Source of the DNA: Spirochaetaceae bacterium UBA5556
GTDB lineage: Bacteria > Spirochaetota > Spirochaetia > Treponematales > Rectinemataceae
DNA: 64,000 bases
Direction: 5' to 3'
NCBI GenBank assembly: GCA_002425765.1
Contig: DIMW01000002.1
Span: 106,590 to 170,589, forward strand
In this document: positions 26,737 through 36,077 of the stretch, in pieces
Numbering within the stretch: position 1 is the stretch's first letter
Layout of the letters: each line of letters begins with the position of its first letter
Translations under genes and position numbers: made by a program
Notes under the pieces: model-generated
The model's database searches: none
Told to the model about the DNA's origin: nothing
The model's input: the letters and a program-made list of their open reading frames with translations, nothing else

Positions 26737-27279
26737 TCACTTCACACCGGTCTTGCCGACTTTCCTGCGGATTCTCTCTTCTTCGTAGCGGATTCCCTTG
26801 CCCTTATAGGGTTCGGGTTCGCGGAGAGACCGCACTTCACTGGCAAATTTTCCGATCTTGGCATAATCGATGCCCTCGATGACAATCTTTTGTCCATTCT
26901 GTTCGACGGAAACCTTGAGACCTTCGGGGATCACCGCGACGACATCGGTGGAGTATCCGATGCTGAGCACCAGGAAATTGCCCTGGACCTCGGCGCGATA
27001 GCCGACGCCGCTCACCACAAGCGCGCGCTTAAAGCCCTGGCTCACACCAGTAACCATATTATCGAGCAAACTGCGATAAAGGCCATGGCACGCTTTCGCC
27101 TGCTTGGAATCGTTCTTGCGCTCCACGACCGCGGCGCCGTCTTTGACGGTGATTGTAACGTCGGGGCGGTATTCCTGAGAAAGCCTGCCTTTCGGTCCCT
27201 CGACATGAAAGACCGCCGGCTCGACGGTCACCTTCACGCCTTGCGGGATCGCCACAGGCCGCATTCCAATTCTCGACAT
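26737..27279 (-). CDS. rplF: 50S ribosomal protein L6
   Basis: [19 protein letters not shown]. Start set at the internal ATG 27279. Confidence 0.96.
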   Translation of the reverse strand: MSRIGMRPVAIPQGVKVTVEPAVFHVEGPKGRLSQEYRPDVTITVKDGAAVVERKNDSKQAKACHGLYRSLLDNMVTGVSQGFKRALVVSGVGYRAEVQGNFLVLSIGYSTDVVAVIPEGLKVSVEQNGQKIVIEGIDYAKIGKFASEVRSLREPEPYKGKGIRYEEERIRRKVGKTGVK

Positions 27280-27293
27280 ACTAGTACCTCGCC

Positions 27294-27692
27294 TCACCAG
27301 ACCGTGCAGAGGAGCTCGCCGCCGACCTGCTTTTCCACGGCTTTTCTGCCGGTGATGACGCCATCGGAAGTCGAGATGATCATGATTCCGTACCCGTTGA
27401 GAATGCGCGGCATCTCGCGATACCCGGTATAGACGCGCCTCCCCGGCTTGGAAACCTTGCTCAGTCCATGAATGATGGGATTGTTTTCCTCGTCATACTT
27501 GAGGAAAATCCGGATGAAGTTCTGCCCATCGGTCTGAATCTTCTTGAAATTCTTGATATAGCCCTCGGTCTTGAGAATCTTCACGATCTCAAGCTTGAGC
27601 TTGGAAGTCGGGATGTCGACTTTCTCGTGCCGGGCCACATTTGCGTTCCGGATTTTGGTCAGCATGTCCGCAATGGGATCAGATACGCTCAT
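27294..27692 (-). CDS. rpsH: 30S ribosomal protein S8
   Basis: [28 protein letters not shown]. Confidence 0.97.
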   Translation of the reverse strand: MSVSDPIADMLTKIRNANVARHEKVDIPTSKLKLEIVKILKTEGYIKNFKKIQTDGQNFIRIFLKYDEENNPIIHGLSKVSKPGRRVYTGYREMPRILNGYGIMIISTSDGVITGRKAVEKQVGGELLCTVW

Positions 27693-27701
27693 TGCACCCT
27701 C

Positions 27702-27887
27702 CTACCAGCTCGATTTTGTCACGCCAGGAAGCTTGCCCTCGGAAGCGAGCTTCCGGAAGCAAATGCGGCACATATCGAACTTTCTCATGTACCCGCGGGA
27801 TCTTCCGCAAATCTTGCACCGACGAACCAGACGAGTGGAGTATTTCGGCGTCTTCAACGCCTTTAAAATCATTGCTTTGCGAGCCAT
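27702..27887 (-). CDS. rpsZ: 30S ribosomal protein S14 type Z (zinc-binding)
   Basis: 61 aa with [20 protein letters not shown] (CxxC...CxxC). Confidence 0.96.
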   Translation of the reverse strand: MARKAMILKALKTPKYSTRLVRRCKICGRSRGYMRKFDMCRICFRKLASEGKLPGVTKSSW

Positions 27888-27898
27888 GTACGCCTTCC

Positions 27899-28459
27899 TT
27901 ATTTCCTGAAGGGCATGCCCAGCTTGGCAAGAAGGCTCTTCGCCTCCGTGTCAGTCTCGGCTGTTGTCACAATCGAGACGCTAAGCCCCATAACTTTCTC
28001 GATCTTGTCGAAATCAATTTCCGGGAAAATGATCTGCTCGGTAAGACCAAGAGTATAATTGCCGTGACCGTCGAACCCGTTCGGATTGACACCACGAAAA
28101 TCCTTGACGCGTGGCAGCGCCACGTTCATCAGTCTGTCGAGGAACTCCCACATCTGGTCTCCCCTGAGCGTGACGCGGGCGCCGATCTCCTGCCCCTTAC
28201 GGATCTTGAAATTCGCGATGGATTTCTTCGCCTTTGTCTTGACCGCGTGCTGGCCGGTGATGGTCTCGATGTCGGTGATCGCGGCGTCGAGCATCTTCTT
28301 GTTCTCGCGCGCCTCGCCGACACCCATCGAGACGATGGCCTTCACCAGGCGGGGCGCCTGCATCTTGGAGCTGTACCCAAGCTCGGTGAAGAGTTCCGGG
28401 GCCACTTTTTCGCGATAAAGCTTCTTCAGTCGGGGAATGTATACTTTCGCCTGAGCCAT
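27899..28459 (-). CDS. rplE: 50S ribosomal protein L5
   Basis: [19 protein letters not shown]... Its ATG 28459 overlaps the rplX stop (TGATG). Confidence 0.96.
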   Translation of the reverse strand: MAQAKVYIPRLKKLYREKVAPELFTELGYSSKMQAPRLVKAIVSMGVGEARENKKMLDAAITDIETITGQHAVKTKAKKSIANFKIRKGQEIGARVTLRGDQMWEFLDRLMNVALPRVKDFRGVNPNGFDGHGNYTLGLTEQIIFPEIDFDKIEKVMGLSVSIVTTAETDTEAKSLLAKLGMPFRK

Positions 28460-28779
28460 CAGAGAACCTCCCCGCATTTTCTGCAAACCCTCTTCTTCTG
28501 GCCATCGATAATTTTATAGCCAGCACGGACGGGTTTATTGCATTTTTTGCACACGATCATCATATTCGAGATGTGAACCGGTGCTTCGATTTCCACGATG
28601 CCGCCCCGATCAGTCTGGGATTTTTTCTTCATGGCCTTCTTCACCATGTTGATTCCCGACACGATAACCCGACCCTTTTCATGGTCGATCTTGAGGATCT
28701 TCCCCTGTTTCCCCCGATCCTTCCCGGCGGTAATCTGTACAAGGTCTTCTCTTCGAAGCTTGCTTTTTGCGTCTGCCAT
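28459..28779 (-). CDS. rplX: 50S ribosomal protein L24
   Basis: KOW motif [24 protein letters not shown]. Start set at ATG 28779. Confidence 0.95.
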   Translation of the reverse strand: MADAKSKLRREDLVQITAGKDRGKQGKILKIDHEKGRVIVSGINMVKKAMKKKSQTDRGGIVEIEAPVHISNMMIVCKKCNKPVRAGYKIIDGQKKRVCRKCGEVL

Positions 28780-28790
28780 ATTCAAACTCC

Positions 28791-29159
28791 TCACAGGACC
28801 TCAGGGGCGAGAGAGACAATTTTCATATAATCCTTCTCGCGCAGCTCACGCGCTACCGGCCCGAAGATACGCTTGCCTTTCGGGTTCTTGTTCGCATCGA
28901 TGATCACGCACGCGTTGTCATCGAACCTGATATAGGTGCCGTCGGGCCGCTTGTATTCCTTGTGCGTCCGGACGACGACCGCCTTTTCGACCGATCCTTT
29001 CCTGATCGCCGAATTGGGCAGCGCAGTCTTTACGGCGACGACGATGATGTCGCCGACGCTCGCGTATCGCCGCCTCGTACCGCCAAGAACCTTGATGCAC
29101 TGAACGGTCTTCGCACCTGAGTTGTCGGCGACATTCAGCATGCTTTCTACCTGAATCAT
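28791..29159 (-). CDS. rplN: 50S ribosomal protein L14
   Basis: [27 protein letters not shown]. Confidence 0.98.
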   Translation of the reverse strand: MIQVESMLNVADNSGAKTVQCIKVLGGTRRRYASVGDIIVVAVKTALPNSAIRKGSVEKAVVVRTHKEYKRPDGTYIRFDDNACVIIDANKNPKGKRIFGPVARELREKDYMKIVSLAPEVL

Positions 29160-29175
29160 AGCTTACTCCCGCTCG

Positions 29176-29448
29176 TTATTTCGCCCGCGCGACGATTTCG
29201 ACAAGCCGCCACCGCTTCTCTCGCGACATCGGTCTGCATTCGACCACCGAAACGGTATCGCCGACATGCGCTTCGTTGTGCTCGTCGTGGGCTTTTACGC
29301 GCTTCGTCCTATTTACGTACTTCCTGTAGAGGGGATGGAGCTTGCGCATGATAATTTCGACAACGATGGTCTTATCGTTCTTGTCCGAAACTACGATGCC
29401 TTGAAGAACAAGCTTGCCCTCAGTCATTTTTTGGATATTTGTATCCAC
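29176..29448 (-). CDS. rpsQ: 30S ribosomal protein S17
   Basis: [18 protein letters not shown]...KVKAHDE...[16 protein letters not shown]. Confidence 0.96.
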   Translation of the reverse strand: MDTNIQKMTEGKLVLQGIVVSDKNDKTIVVEIIMRKLHPLYRKYVNRTKRVKAHDEHNEAHVGDTVSVVECRPMSREKRWRLVEIVARAK

Positions 29449-29466
29449 GTTCCTTCTCCTGAAGAA

Positions 29467-29673
29467 TTATGCCTTCTTCTCGGCGTCGCTGCGCTGGGCC
29501 TCGGCGATCCTCGTTTCGATCCGTGCGATTTGGCGGCGAAGATTTCTCTTCTCGAGCGGGTTCTCGACGTGCCCGACCACCATCTGGAACCGAAGGTCAA
29601 AATATTTTTTTCTCAGCTCGTCGCGCTTGACGAGCATTTCATCCAGCTTCATATCCTTGAACGAATTTTTCAT
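29467..29673 (-). CDS. rpmC: 50S ribosomal protein L29
   Basis: MKNSFKDMKLDEMLVKRDELRKKYFDLRFQ. ATG 29673 is preceded by GGAG (8-nt spacing). The alternative GTG 29682 overlaps rplP. Confidence 0.93.
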   Translation of the reverse strand: MKNSFKDMKLDEMLVKRDELRKKYFDLRFQMVVGHVENPLEKRNLRRQIARIETRIAEAQRSDAEKKA

Positions 29674-29678
29674 GGTGA

Positions 29679-30095
29679 TCACTCCATTTCCCCGCGCACC
29701 GCGAACTTCGTCTTCACGGGGAGCTTGGAACCAGCAAGGCGCATGGCCTCCTCTGCGACTTTCGGCTCGACGCCGGAAAGCTCGAACAGCACCGTGCCCG
29801 GCTTGACCACCGCGACCCAGTATTCGGGACCCGGCTTTCCACGACCCATGCGGGTTTCAGCCGGCTTCTTGGAATACGGCTTGTCCGGGAAAATGCGTAT
29901 CCACATTTTGCCACCACGCTTGATATAGCGGTTGAGCGCGATACGGGCAGCCTCGATCTGGCGGTTTGTAATCCAGTGTGGTTCCACGCTCACAAGGCCA
30001 TAATCTCCAAACGCGATGGCATTGCCAGAGTGAGCGTCCCCGTGGATCCGGCCGCGCTGCTGCTTTCTGTGTTTTACTCTTTTCGGTAACAGCAT
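29679..30095 (-). CDS. rplP: 50S ribosomal protein L16
   Basis: [19 protein letters not shown]. Confidence 0.98.
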   Translation of the reverse strand: MLLPKRVKHRKQQRGRIHGDAHSGNAIAFGDYGLVSVEPHWITNRQIEAARIALNRYIKRGGKMWIRIFPDKPYSKKPAETRMGRGKPGPEYWVAVVKPGTVLFELSGVEPKVAEEAMRLAGSKLPVKTKFAVRGEME

Positions 30096-30098
30096 AGA

Positions 30099-30920
30099 TT
30101 AGCTCCTTGCCTCACCTTCCGCCCGGTTTGCTCCAGGCCTGGGATTTCCCCGGCGCTCGCTGCGCTCTCCGCGCTCGCGGCGTTCACGTCGCTCCTGACC
30201 GCCTTCCCTGCGCTCTCCACGAGGCTCCCCCGAGGGTTCTCTCCGTGATCTCTTCGCGAGCTGGCCGGCATCTTCGTTCTTATCCTGGGCATACACCATA
30301 CCCTGGTAAATCCAAACCTTCACACCGATCTTCCCGAAGGTGGTGTTCGCCTCGGCAAAACCGTAGTCGATATCGGCGCGGAGAGTATGAAGGGGAATCC
30401 GGCCTTCCTTGAGCTCTTCGGTGCGCGACATGTCGGCGCCGCCGAGCCGGCCCGAGAGTCTCACTTTGCAGCCCTGGGCTCCCGACTTCAAGGCGTTTTG
30501 AATCGCGGACTTCATCGACCTGCGGAAAGACTGTCTGTTTTCAAGCTGACGGGCGATGTTCTGTGCGACGATCTGCGAATTGGTGTCGACCTTCTTGACC
30601 TCTTTGATCTTGATCTGCAGTTTTTTCTGCGTCATCTTCTGGATTTCGGCGCCGATCTTGTCGATATTCGCTCCCTTGGTCCCGATAAGGACTCCGGGGC
30701 GTGCGCTGTGAATCACGATGGTGACGCGCTGCGGATGGCGGATAATCTCGATCTCGGAGATATCGGCGCCCTTGGTTTCCGGCAGCTCAAGGAGACGGCG
30801 ACGGATCGCAAGATCTTCATGAAGGGTTTTCGCATATTCACGGGGCTCGACATACCAGTGCGAACTCCAGTCCTTGTTGATACCGATTCTTAATCCGATA
30901 GGACTTACTTTCTGACCCAC
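30099..30920 (-). CDS. rpsC: 30S ribosomal protein S3 with a ~60-aa Arg/Glu-rich C-terminal tail
   Basis: [23 protein letters not shown] and a KH domain. The tail is [50 protein letters not shown]. Confidence 0.96.
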   Translation of the reverse strand: MGQKVSPIGLRIGINKDWSSHWYVEPREYAKTLHEDLAIRRRLLELPETKGADISEIEIIRHPQRVTIVIHSARPGVLIGTKGANIDKIGAEIQKMTQKKLQIKIKEVKKVDTNSQIVAQNIARQLENRQSFRRSMKSAIQNALKSGAQGCKVRLSGRLGGADMSRTEELKEGRIPLHTLRADIDYGFAEANTTFGKIGVKVWIYQGMVYAQDKNEDAGQLAKRSRREPSGEPRGERREGGQERRERRERGERSERRGNPRPGANRAEGEARS

Positions 30921-30921
30921 C

Positions 30922-31290
30922 TTACGCCTCCGTCTTCTTGCCGATTTCGTCGACGATGCACGAGATGTGGCACATGCGCCTCAGCTGCATATCCGCCCTT
31001 CCTCGGGCACGAAACCAAATTCTCTTGAGCCTCGGGCCTTCATCGATGCGCAGCTCTTTGATGTAGAGCATGTCCTCACCGAGCTTGCGGTTCTTGTTCA
31101 ACGCGTTCGCGGCCGCGGAGGAGACCACTTTGCGAATCAACCCGGCACCCTTGTGCGGCATGTTTTCAAGAATGGCCATTGCCTCGGTGTATGGCTTGGC
31201 TCGAACGAGATCGGCGACCGGGCGCACCTTGAACGGCGAGGCGATCAGCCATTTCGATGTGGCCCTATAGCCAGTTTTTGTATTCGCCAT
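30922..31290 (-). CDS. rplV: 50S ribosomal protein L22
   Basis: [33 protein letters not shown] 31290 was preferred over GTG 31299. Confidence 0.95.
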   Translation of the reverse strand: MANTKTGYRATSKWLIASPFKVRPVADLVRAKPYTEAMAILENMPHKGAGLIRKVVSSAAANALNKNRKLGEDMLYIKELRIDEGPRLKRIWFRARGRADMQLRRMCHISCIVDEIGKKTEA

Positions 31291-31301
31291 TTTCAGCACC
31301 C

Positions 31302-31583
31302 CTACTTCTTCTCGGCTTTCTTGTCGCTGCCGGCATGCCCGCGGAAGATGCGGGTGGCGGCGAATTCACCGAGCTTGTGGCCAACGAGGTTCTCCGTCAC
31401 ATAGACCGGAACCCACGTTTTGCCGTTATATACAGAGATTGTCTGGCCGACCATTTCAGGAATGATCGTCGATGTGCGGGAGTAAGTTTTTACAAGCTTC
31501 TTCTCCCCCGCCCTGCTCATCTCGGTTACCTTTTTGTACAGGCTCTTCTCGATGAAGGGCCCTTTTTTTACGGACCTGGACAC
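31302..31583 (-). CDS. rpsS: 30S ribosomal protein S19
   Basis: [19 protein letters not shown]...[13 protein letters not shown]. Confidence 0.98.
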   Translation of the reverse strand: MSRSVKKGPFIEKSLYKKVTEMSRAGEKKLVKTYSRTSTIIPEMVGQTISVYNGKTWVPVYVTENLVGHKLGEFAATRIFRGHAGSDKKAEKK

Positions 31584-31600
31584 GGGTTTACTCCTCTATC

Positions 31601-32431
31601 TCACTTGCGCCGCTTTACAATAAAGCGGCTCGAAGGCTTGTGCGTATCGCGAGTCTTATAGCCCTTCGCCGGCTGACCCCATGGAGATACAGGCTGTTTG
31701 TATCCCTTGCCTCGCCCTTCTCCACCACCATGCGGATGGTCTACCGGGTTCATGACAGTACCACGTACGGTCGGCCTGATGCCGAGCCAGCGTGTACGTC
31801 CCGCCTTACCAATCCGCTCGTTCATGTGCTCGTCGTTGCCAACCTGGCCGACCGTCGCCATGCATTTTCTGAACACCATGCGCTGTTCGCCGGAAGGCAG
31901 TCTGAGCACGACATAGTCGCCTTCCTGAGCCGCGATGAGCGCGCTGACGCCCGCGGAGCGCGCGAGCTGGCCGCCCCGCCCGAGCGTGAGCTCGACATTG
32001 TGCACGGTAAAACCAACCGGAATCTTCTCCAGGGGAAGAGCATTGCCAACGTCCGGCGTGGCGTCGGGACCGGACAGGATCGTCTGGCCGACCTGAAGCC
32101 CCTTCGGGCTGAGAATGTAGCGCTTCTCGCCATCTACATACGTGATGAGGGCGATGTTCGCGCTGCGGTTCGGATCGTACTCGATGCTGGACACTTTGCC
32201 AGGGACACCGAATTTATCTCTCTTAAAGTCGATAGCTCTGTATTTTCTCTTGTGGCCGCCACCATGGTGCCGCACGGAAATACGGCCGTTCGAGGCCCTG
32301 CCGCCCGTGCTGCTCTTGCCCTTAGTGAGCGACTTGACGGGATTGCTTTCATTGCTCGTCAGCTCTCCGTTGACCACCTGTACACGATGACGGAGCCCGG
32401 GCGTTACAGGTCTAAATGTTCTAATCGCCAT
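31601..32431 (-). CDS. rplB: 50S ribosomal protein L2
   Basis: [15 protein letters not shown] and the C-terminal [19 protein letters not shown]. Confidence 0.98.
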   Translation of the reverse strand: MAIRTFRPVTPGLRHRVQVVNGELTSNESNPVKSLTKGKSSTGGRASNGRISVRHHGGGHKRKYRAIDFKRDKFGVPGKVSSIEYDPNRSANIALITYVDGEKRYILSPKGLQVGQTILSGPDATPDVGNALPLEKIPVGFTVHNVELTLGRGGQLARSAGVSALIAAQEGDYVVLRLPSGEQRMVFRKCMATVGQVGNDEHMNERIGKAGRTRWLGIRPTVRGTVMNPVDHPHGGGEGRGKGYKQPVSPWGQPAKGYKTRDTHKPSSRFIVKRRK

Positions 32432-32451
32432 AGTTCTTCCTCACATCCTTC

Positions 32452-32736
32452 TCATGCGCCTTCGAACACTCTGATCGTCTCGCCCTTCTGGAGCCTGACA
32501 ATCGCCTTTTTCCACTCAGCGGTGCGTCCCGCCCTTCCGCGCAGCCGCTTCGGCTTCGAGGTGACATTGATCACCTTGCAGCTCACCGGATGCACATTGA
32601 AGGTCTTGGCGACGGCGTCCATGATCATCGGCTTCGTCGCCCTCGGGTCCACCTTGAAGATGTACTGTCCTAATTCGCGCATGATGTTGCTCTTCTCGGA
32701 GAGCACCGGCTCAATAAGAATCGCATCATATTCCAT
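32452..32736 (-). CDS. rplW: 50S ribosomal protein L23
   Basis: ILIEPVLSEKS...YIFKVDPRATK..I..AV...F.V. Confidence 0.96.
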   Translation of the reverse strand: MEYDAILIEPVLSEKSNIMRELGQYIFKVDPRATKPMIMDAVAKTFNVHPVSCKVINVTSKPKRLRGRAGRTAEWKKAIVRLQKGETIRVFEGA

Positions 32737-32738
32737 AC

Positions 32739-33386
32739 TCAGCTCTCCTTCGTAACACCGGCGTAGAACTCATTGAGCTTCGCCGAAGCGCCTTCCATCA
32801 TGACGACCTTGCGGGCATAGAAAAGATCGTGCGCGCGCAGGCGGTTGTAGGTGAGGTAGCTCAACCAGGGAATATTCCGGGCCGCGCGCTTCACCATGGG
32901 ATCGTCATCCTTGAGAATGAGGACCGTCCGCTCGGGTTTCTTCAGATCGACCACATTCGAGAGCACATTCAGGAGGTCCTTTGTCTTTCCGGACTCGACG
33001 GTAAAATCCTCGATGATGGAAACGAGGCCGTCCTGAACCTTCAGGCTCAAAATGGTCTTGAGCGAAAGCTGCTTCTCTTTGCGCGGAATCGAATAGGAAT
33101 AATCTCTGGGCTTTGGGCCGAAAGAAATGCCGCCGCCGACATAGATGTTTGACTTCAAATCGCCGTGACGGGAACGGCCGCCGCCCTTCTGCGCGAAGGG
33201 TTTGCGGTTGGTCCCGTGTACCTCGCCGCGATCCTTCGTCGACGCGGTGCCGACACGCGCGTTCGCGAGCTCGTTGTTCACCGCATACCAGATGACATCC
33301 TCATTGATTGGCAATCCGAAGACGGCATCGGACAGCTCAACTTTTCTGAGCTCTTTCCCGCTCAGGGAAATTACTTTGCCTTCCAT
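32739..33386 (-). CDS. rplD: 50S ribosomal protein L4
   Basis: TASTKDRGEVHGTNRKPFAQKGGGRSRHGD. Confidence 0.97.
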   Translation of the reverse strand: MEGKVISLSGKELRKVELSDAVFGLPINEDVIWYAVNNELANARVGTASTKDRGEVHGTNRKPFAQKGGGRSRHGDLKSNIYVGGGISFGPKPRDYSYSIPRKEKQLSLKTILSLKVQDGLVSIIEDFTVESGKTKDLLNVLSNVVDLKKPERTVLILKDDDPMVKRAARNIPWLSYLTYNRLRAHDLFYARKVVMMEGASAKLNEFYAGVTKES

Positions 33387-33400
33387 ACAGTCCTCCGCCT

Positions 33401-34024
33401 TCAGCTCTTCTTGACCGACTTGCGTATCACGACATCACAATTCCGCGGTCCAGGAAGTGCGCCGCGAATGAGCACCACGCCCTTTTCGACATCCACCCTC
33501 ACGACCTTGAGGTTCTGCACGGTTACCCGCTCGCTGCCCATATGGCCGGGCATTTTCACATTCTTGAAGGTGTGATGCGGATATGTGCTGTTGCCGGTCG
33601 AACCGGGTTCGCGATGGAACTTGGAACCATGCGTCGCACGGCCGCCCTCAAAACCCCAGCGTTTCACAACGCCCTGGAAGCCTTTGCCCTTCGAGCGGGC
33701 CATGACGTCGACGAACCGCACTCCATCGAGCACTGAGGCATCGATGGCCTGACCGACCGCGACTTCCTTCTCAAAATCCCTGAACTCACGGAGAATTCTC
33801 GTGGGCGCGACGCCCTCAGGGAACTGGCCGGCATACGGCTTCGTGATTCGGGACTTCTTTTTCTCGTAGATACCGACGAGGACGGCGTTGTATCCGTCCT
33901 TCTCGGCGGTCTTCACGCCTACCACCGTGTTGGGAACGACCTGAACGACGGTGACGGGCACGACACGGCCTATCTCATCGAACACTTGGGTCATCCCAAT
34001 TTTCTTTCCAATGACACCGATCAT
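33401..34024 (-). CDS. rplC: 50S ribosomal protein L3
   Basis: MIGVIGKKIGMTQVFDE...SKGKGFQGVVKRWGF.GG.A.HGS.FHR.PGS.G. Confidence 0.98.
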   Translation of the reverse strand: MIGVIGKKIGMTQVFDEIGRVVPVTVVQVVPNTVVGVKTAEKDGYNAVLVGIYEKKKSRITKPYAGQFPEGVAPTRILREFRDFEKEVAVGQAIDASVLDGVRFVDVMARSKGKGFQGVVKRWGFEGGRATHGSKFHREPGSTGNSTYPHHTFKNVKMPGHMGSERVTVQNLKVVRVDVEKGVVLIRGALPGPRNCDVVIRKSVKKS

Positions 34025-34103
34025 TCGGTACTCCTGCGTTGAACGCTTCCGGCACGGAGCCGGGCGTTACGGCATTAAAGACTTTGTCGCGACGGACAAA
34101 GGT

Positions 34104-34409
34104 TTATTGCTTGATTTCGACATCGATCCCGGAGGGAAGCTCGAGTTTCATGAGCGCGTCCATCACTTCGGGTGTCGGCTCGATGATGTCGATGAGGCGC
34201 TTGTGCGTCCTCATCTCGAACTGTTCCCGGCTTTTCTTGTGCACATGCGGCGACCGCAGGACGGTAAACTTGTTGATGCGCGTGGGAAGAGGCACCGGAC
34301 CGGAAACCTTCGACCCCGCGTCCTGCACGGTCCTGATGATACTCTTCGCGCTGTCATCGACAAGGCGCACATCAAAGCCCCTAAGCCTGACTCGGATTCT
34401 GTCTTTCAT
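34104..34409 (-). CDS. rpsJ: 30S ribosomal protein S10
   Basis: [25 protein letters not shown]...[46 protein letters not shown] upstream of ATG 34409. The 35-codon ORF-track extension was dropped. Confidence 0.97.
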   Translation of the reverse strand: MKDRIRVRLRGFDVRLVDDSAKSIIRTVQDAGSKVSGPVPLPTRINKFTVLRSPHVHKKSREQFEMRTHKRLIDIIEPTPEVMDALMKLELPSGIDVEIKQ

Positions 34410-34525
34410 CGTTCCTCCAAAGATCTCTTGCGCTCGAATCGTCGGCCGTACCCAGGCAGGCGCGCCGACAACCACCGAGTGCCGACGGATTGGGGAATCC
34501 GTCCATGGCGGCAAGTCGCCAATTC

Positions 34526-34559
34526 ACACAAAAACGTGCCCCTGCCAATCAGGGGCACG
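34526..34559 (-). terminator. Rho-independent terminator or attenuator downstream of tuf, ahead of the S10 leader
   Basis: Minus strand: GTGCCCCTG-ATTGG-CAGGGGCAC followed by GTTTTTGTGTG. Confidence 0.7.
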
Positions 34560-34638
34560 CCATAGTAGCACCTGTTATAATATTTGTCCAGTGGTCGGGC
34601 CCTCCAAAAAGATTCCTCAACAGCCGACCATGAAACTG

Positions 34639-35829
34639 TTACGCGATAACCTCAATTACCTGCCCGGAAGCGACGGTGTGGCCGCCCTCGCGGATAGCGA
34701 ACTTGAGCCCTTTCTCCATGGCGATCGGGTAGATGAGTTCGACTTCGATCTCGGTGTTGTCGCCAGGCATGACCATGTCTTTGCCCTCAGGGAGCTTGAC
34801 CGCGCCGGTGATATCCGTGGTCCTGAAGTAGAACTGGGGACGATAGCCCGTGAAGAACGGGCTGTGACGGCCACCTTCCTCTTTGGACAAAACGTAGATC
34901 TGACCACGGAATTTGGTATGCGGAGTAATAGTACCAGGCTTTGCAAGCACCTGCCCGCGCTCGACTTCCTTCTTGTCGATACCGCGAAGGAGGGTGCCGA
35001 TATTATCGCCCGCCTGACCTTCATCGAGCAGTTTGTTGAACATTTCGACGCCGGTAACGACAGTGGTCTTGGTCGGCTTGATACCGACGATCTCGACCGA
35101 ATCGTTGACATGGATGACGCCGCGCTCGACACGGCCGGTAACGACGGTGCCACGCCCGGAGATCGAGAACACGTCCTCGATGGGCATAAGGAAGGGCTTA
35201 TCGATCGCGCGCACGGGATCCGGGAAGAAGCTGTCCATCGCATCAAGAAGCTCCTGAATGGATTTGGTCGCTTCGGGATTATCCGGCTCGGTCATCGCCT
35301 TGAAGGCGGAACCGCGGATAATCGGTGTCTTGTCGCCGGGGAATCCATAGAAGTTCAAGAGATCGCGCACTTCCTCCTCGACAATGTCGAGAAGCTCGGG
35401 ATCGTCGACGAGGTCAACCTTGTTGAGGTAGACGAGAATCGCGGGGACGCCGACCTGACGGGCAAGAAGCACGTGCTCACGGGTCTGCGGCATGACAGAG
35501 TCAGGCGCCGACACGACGAGGATCGCGCCATCCATCTGTGCGGCGCCGGTGATCATGTTCTTGATATAGTCGGCGTGGCCCGGGCAGTCGATGTGCGCAT
35601 AGTGCCGCTTGGTGGACTGATACTCGAGGTGCCTTGTGTTGATGGTGATACCACGTGCCTTCTCTTCCGGTGCGTTGTCGATGTCTTCGTACTTGAGCAC
35701 CTTGTCGCCGAACTTGCGCCCGCAGTACATGGTGATGGCCGCGCTAAGCGTCGTCTTGCCATGGTCGATGTGTCCGATGGTACCAACGTTCATATGAGGT
35801 TTGGTACGCTCGAATTTTTCTTTGGCCAT
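34639..35829 (-). CDS. tuf: Elongation factor Tu
   Basis: [44 protein letters not shown]. 396 aa. AAGGAGGAG SD upstream. Confidence 0.99.
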   Translation of the reverse strand: MAKEKFERTKPHMNVGTIGHIDHGKTTLSAAITMYCGRKFGDKVLKYEDIDNAPEEKARGITINTRHLEYQSTKRHYAHIDCPGHADYIKNMITGAAQMDGAILVVSAPDSVMPQTREHVLLARQVGVPAILVYLNKVDLVDDPELLDIVEEEVRDLLNFYGFPGDKTPIIRGSAFKAMTEPDNPEATKSIQELLDAMDSFFPDPVRAIDKPFLMPIEDVFSISGRGTVVTGRVERGVIHVNDSVEIVGIKPTKTTVVTGVEMFNKLLDEGQAGDNIGTLLRGIDKKEVERGQVLAKPGTITPHTKFRGQIYVLSKEEGGRHSPFFTGYRPQFYFRTTDITGAVKLPEGKDMVMPGDNTEIEVELIYPIAMEKGLKFAIREGGHTVASGQVIEVIA

Positions 35830-35958
35830 ATAAATCTCCTCCTTGGCTTCGTCAACGGCACTCCGCAGCGTTTCACCACATGAAAAAACCGCAAAGACCG
35901 TCCGGCGGCATCGATGCCGCCGGATGCTACGCCATAATTTACTCGTTTGGGCTTTCGG

Positions 35959-35987
35959 ATTATAAGCAAAGAATCAAGATTGCGCAA
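35959..35987 (-). promoter_or_regulatory. Candidate sigma70 promoter for tuf
   Basis: Minus strand: TTGCGC (35987-35982), 17-nt spacer, TATAAT (35964-35959). It lies about 130 nt upstream of the tuf ATG. Confidence 0.45.
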
Positions 35988-36077
35988 TAGCCCAGATAAA
36001 ACAAAAGCGATTTTTCGTTTTTCGCAAGCGATACAGGTCAAGAATATCAGAAAAAATCGTATTTGTCAGGCATGGGG

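Noticed and set aside
34039-35883. 614-aa plus-strand ORF covering rpsJ, the S10 leader and tuf
   Set aside because: It is antisense to EF-Tu and S10 and crosses an intergenic terminator. Its composition is that of a shadow ORF.
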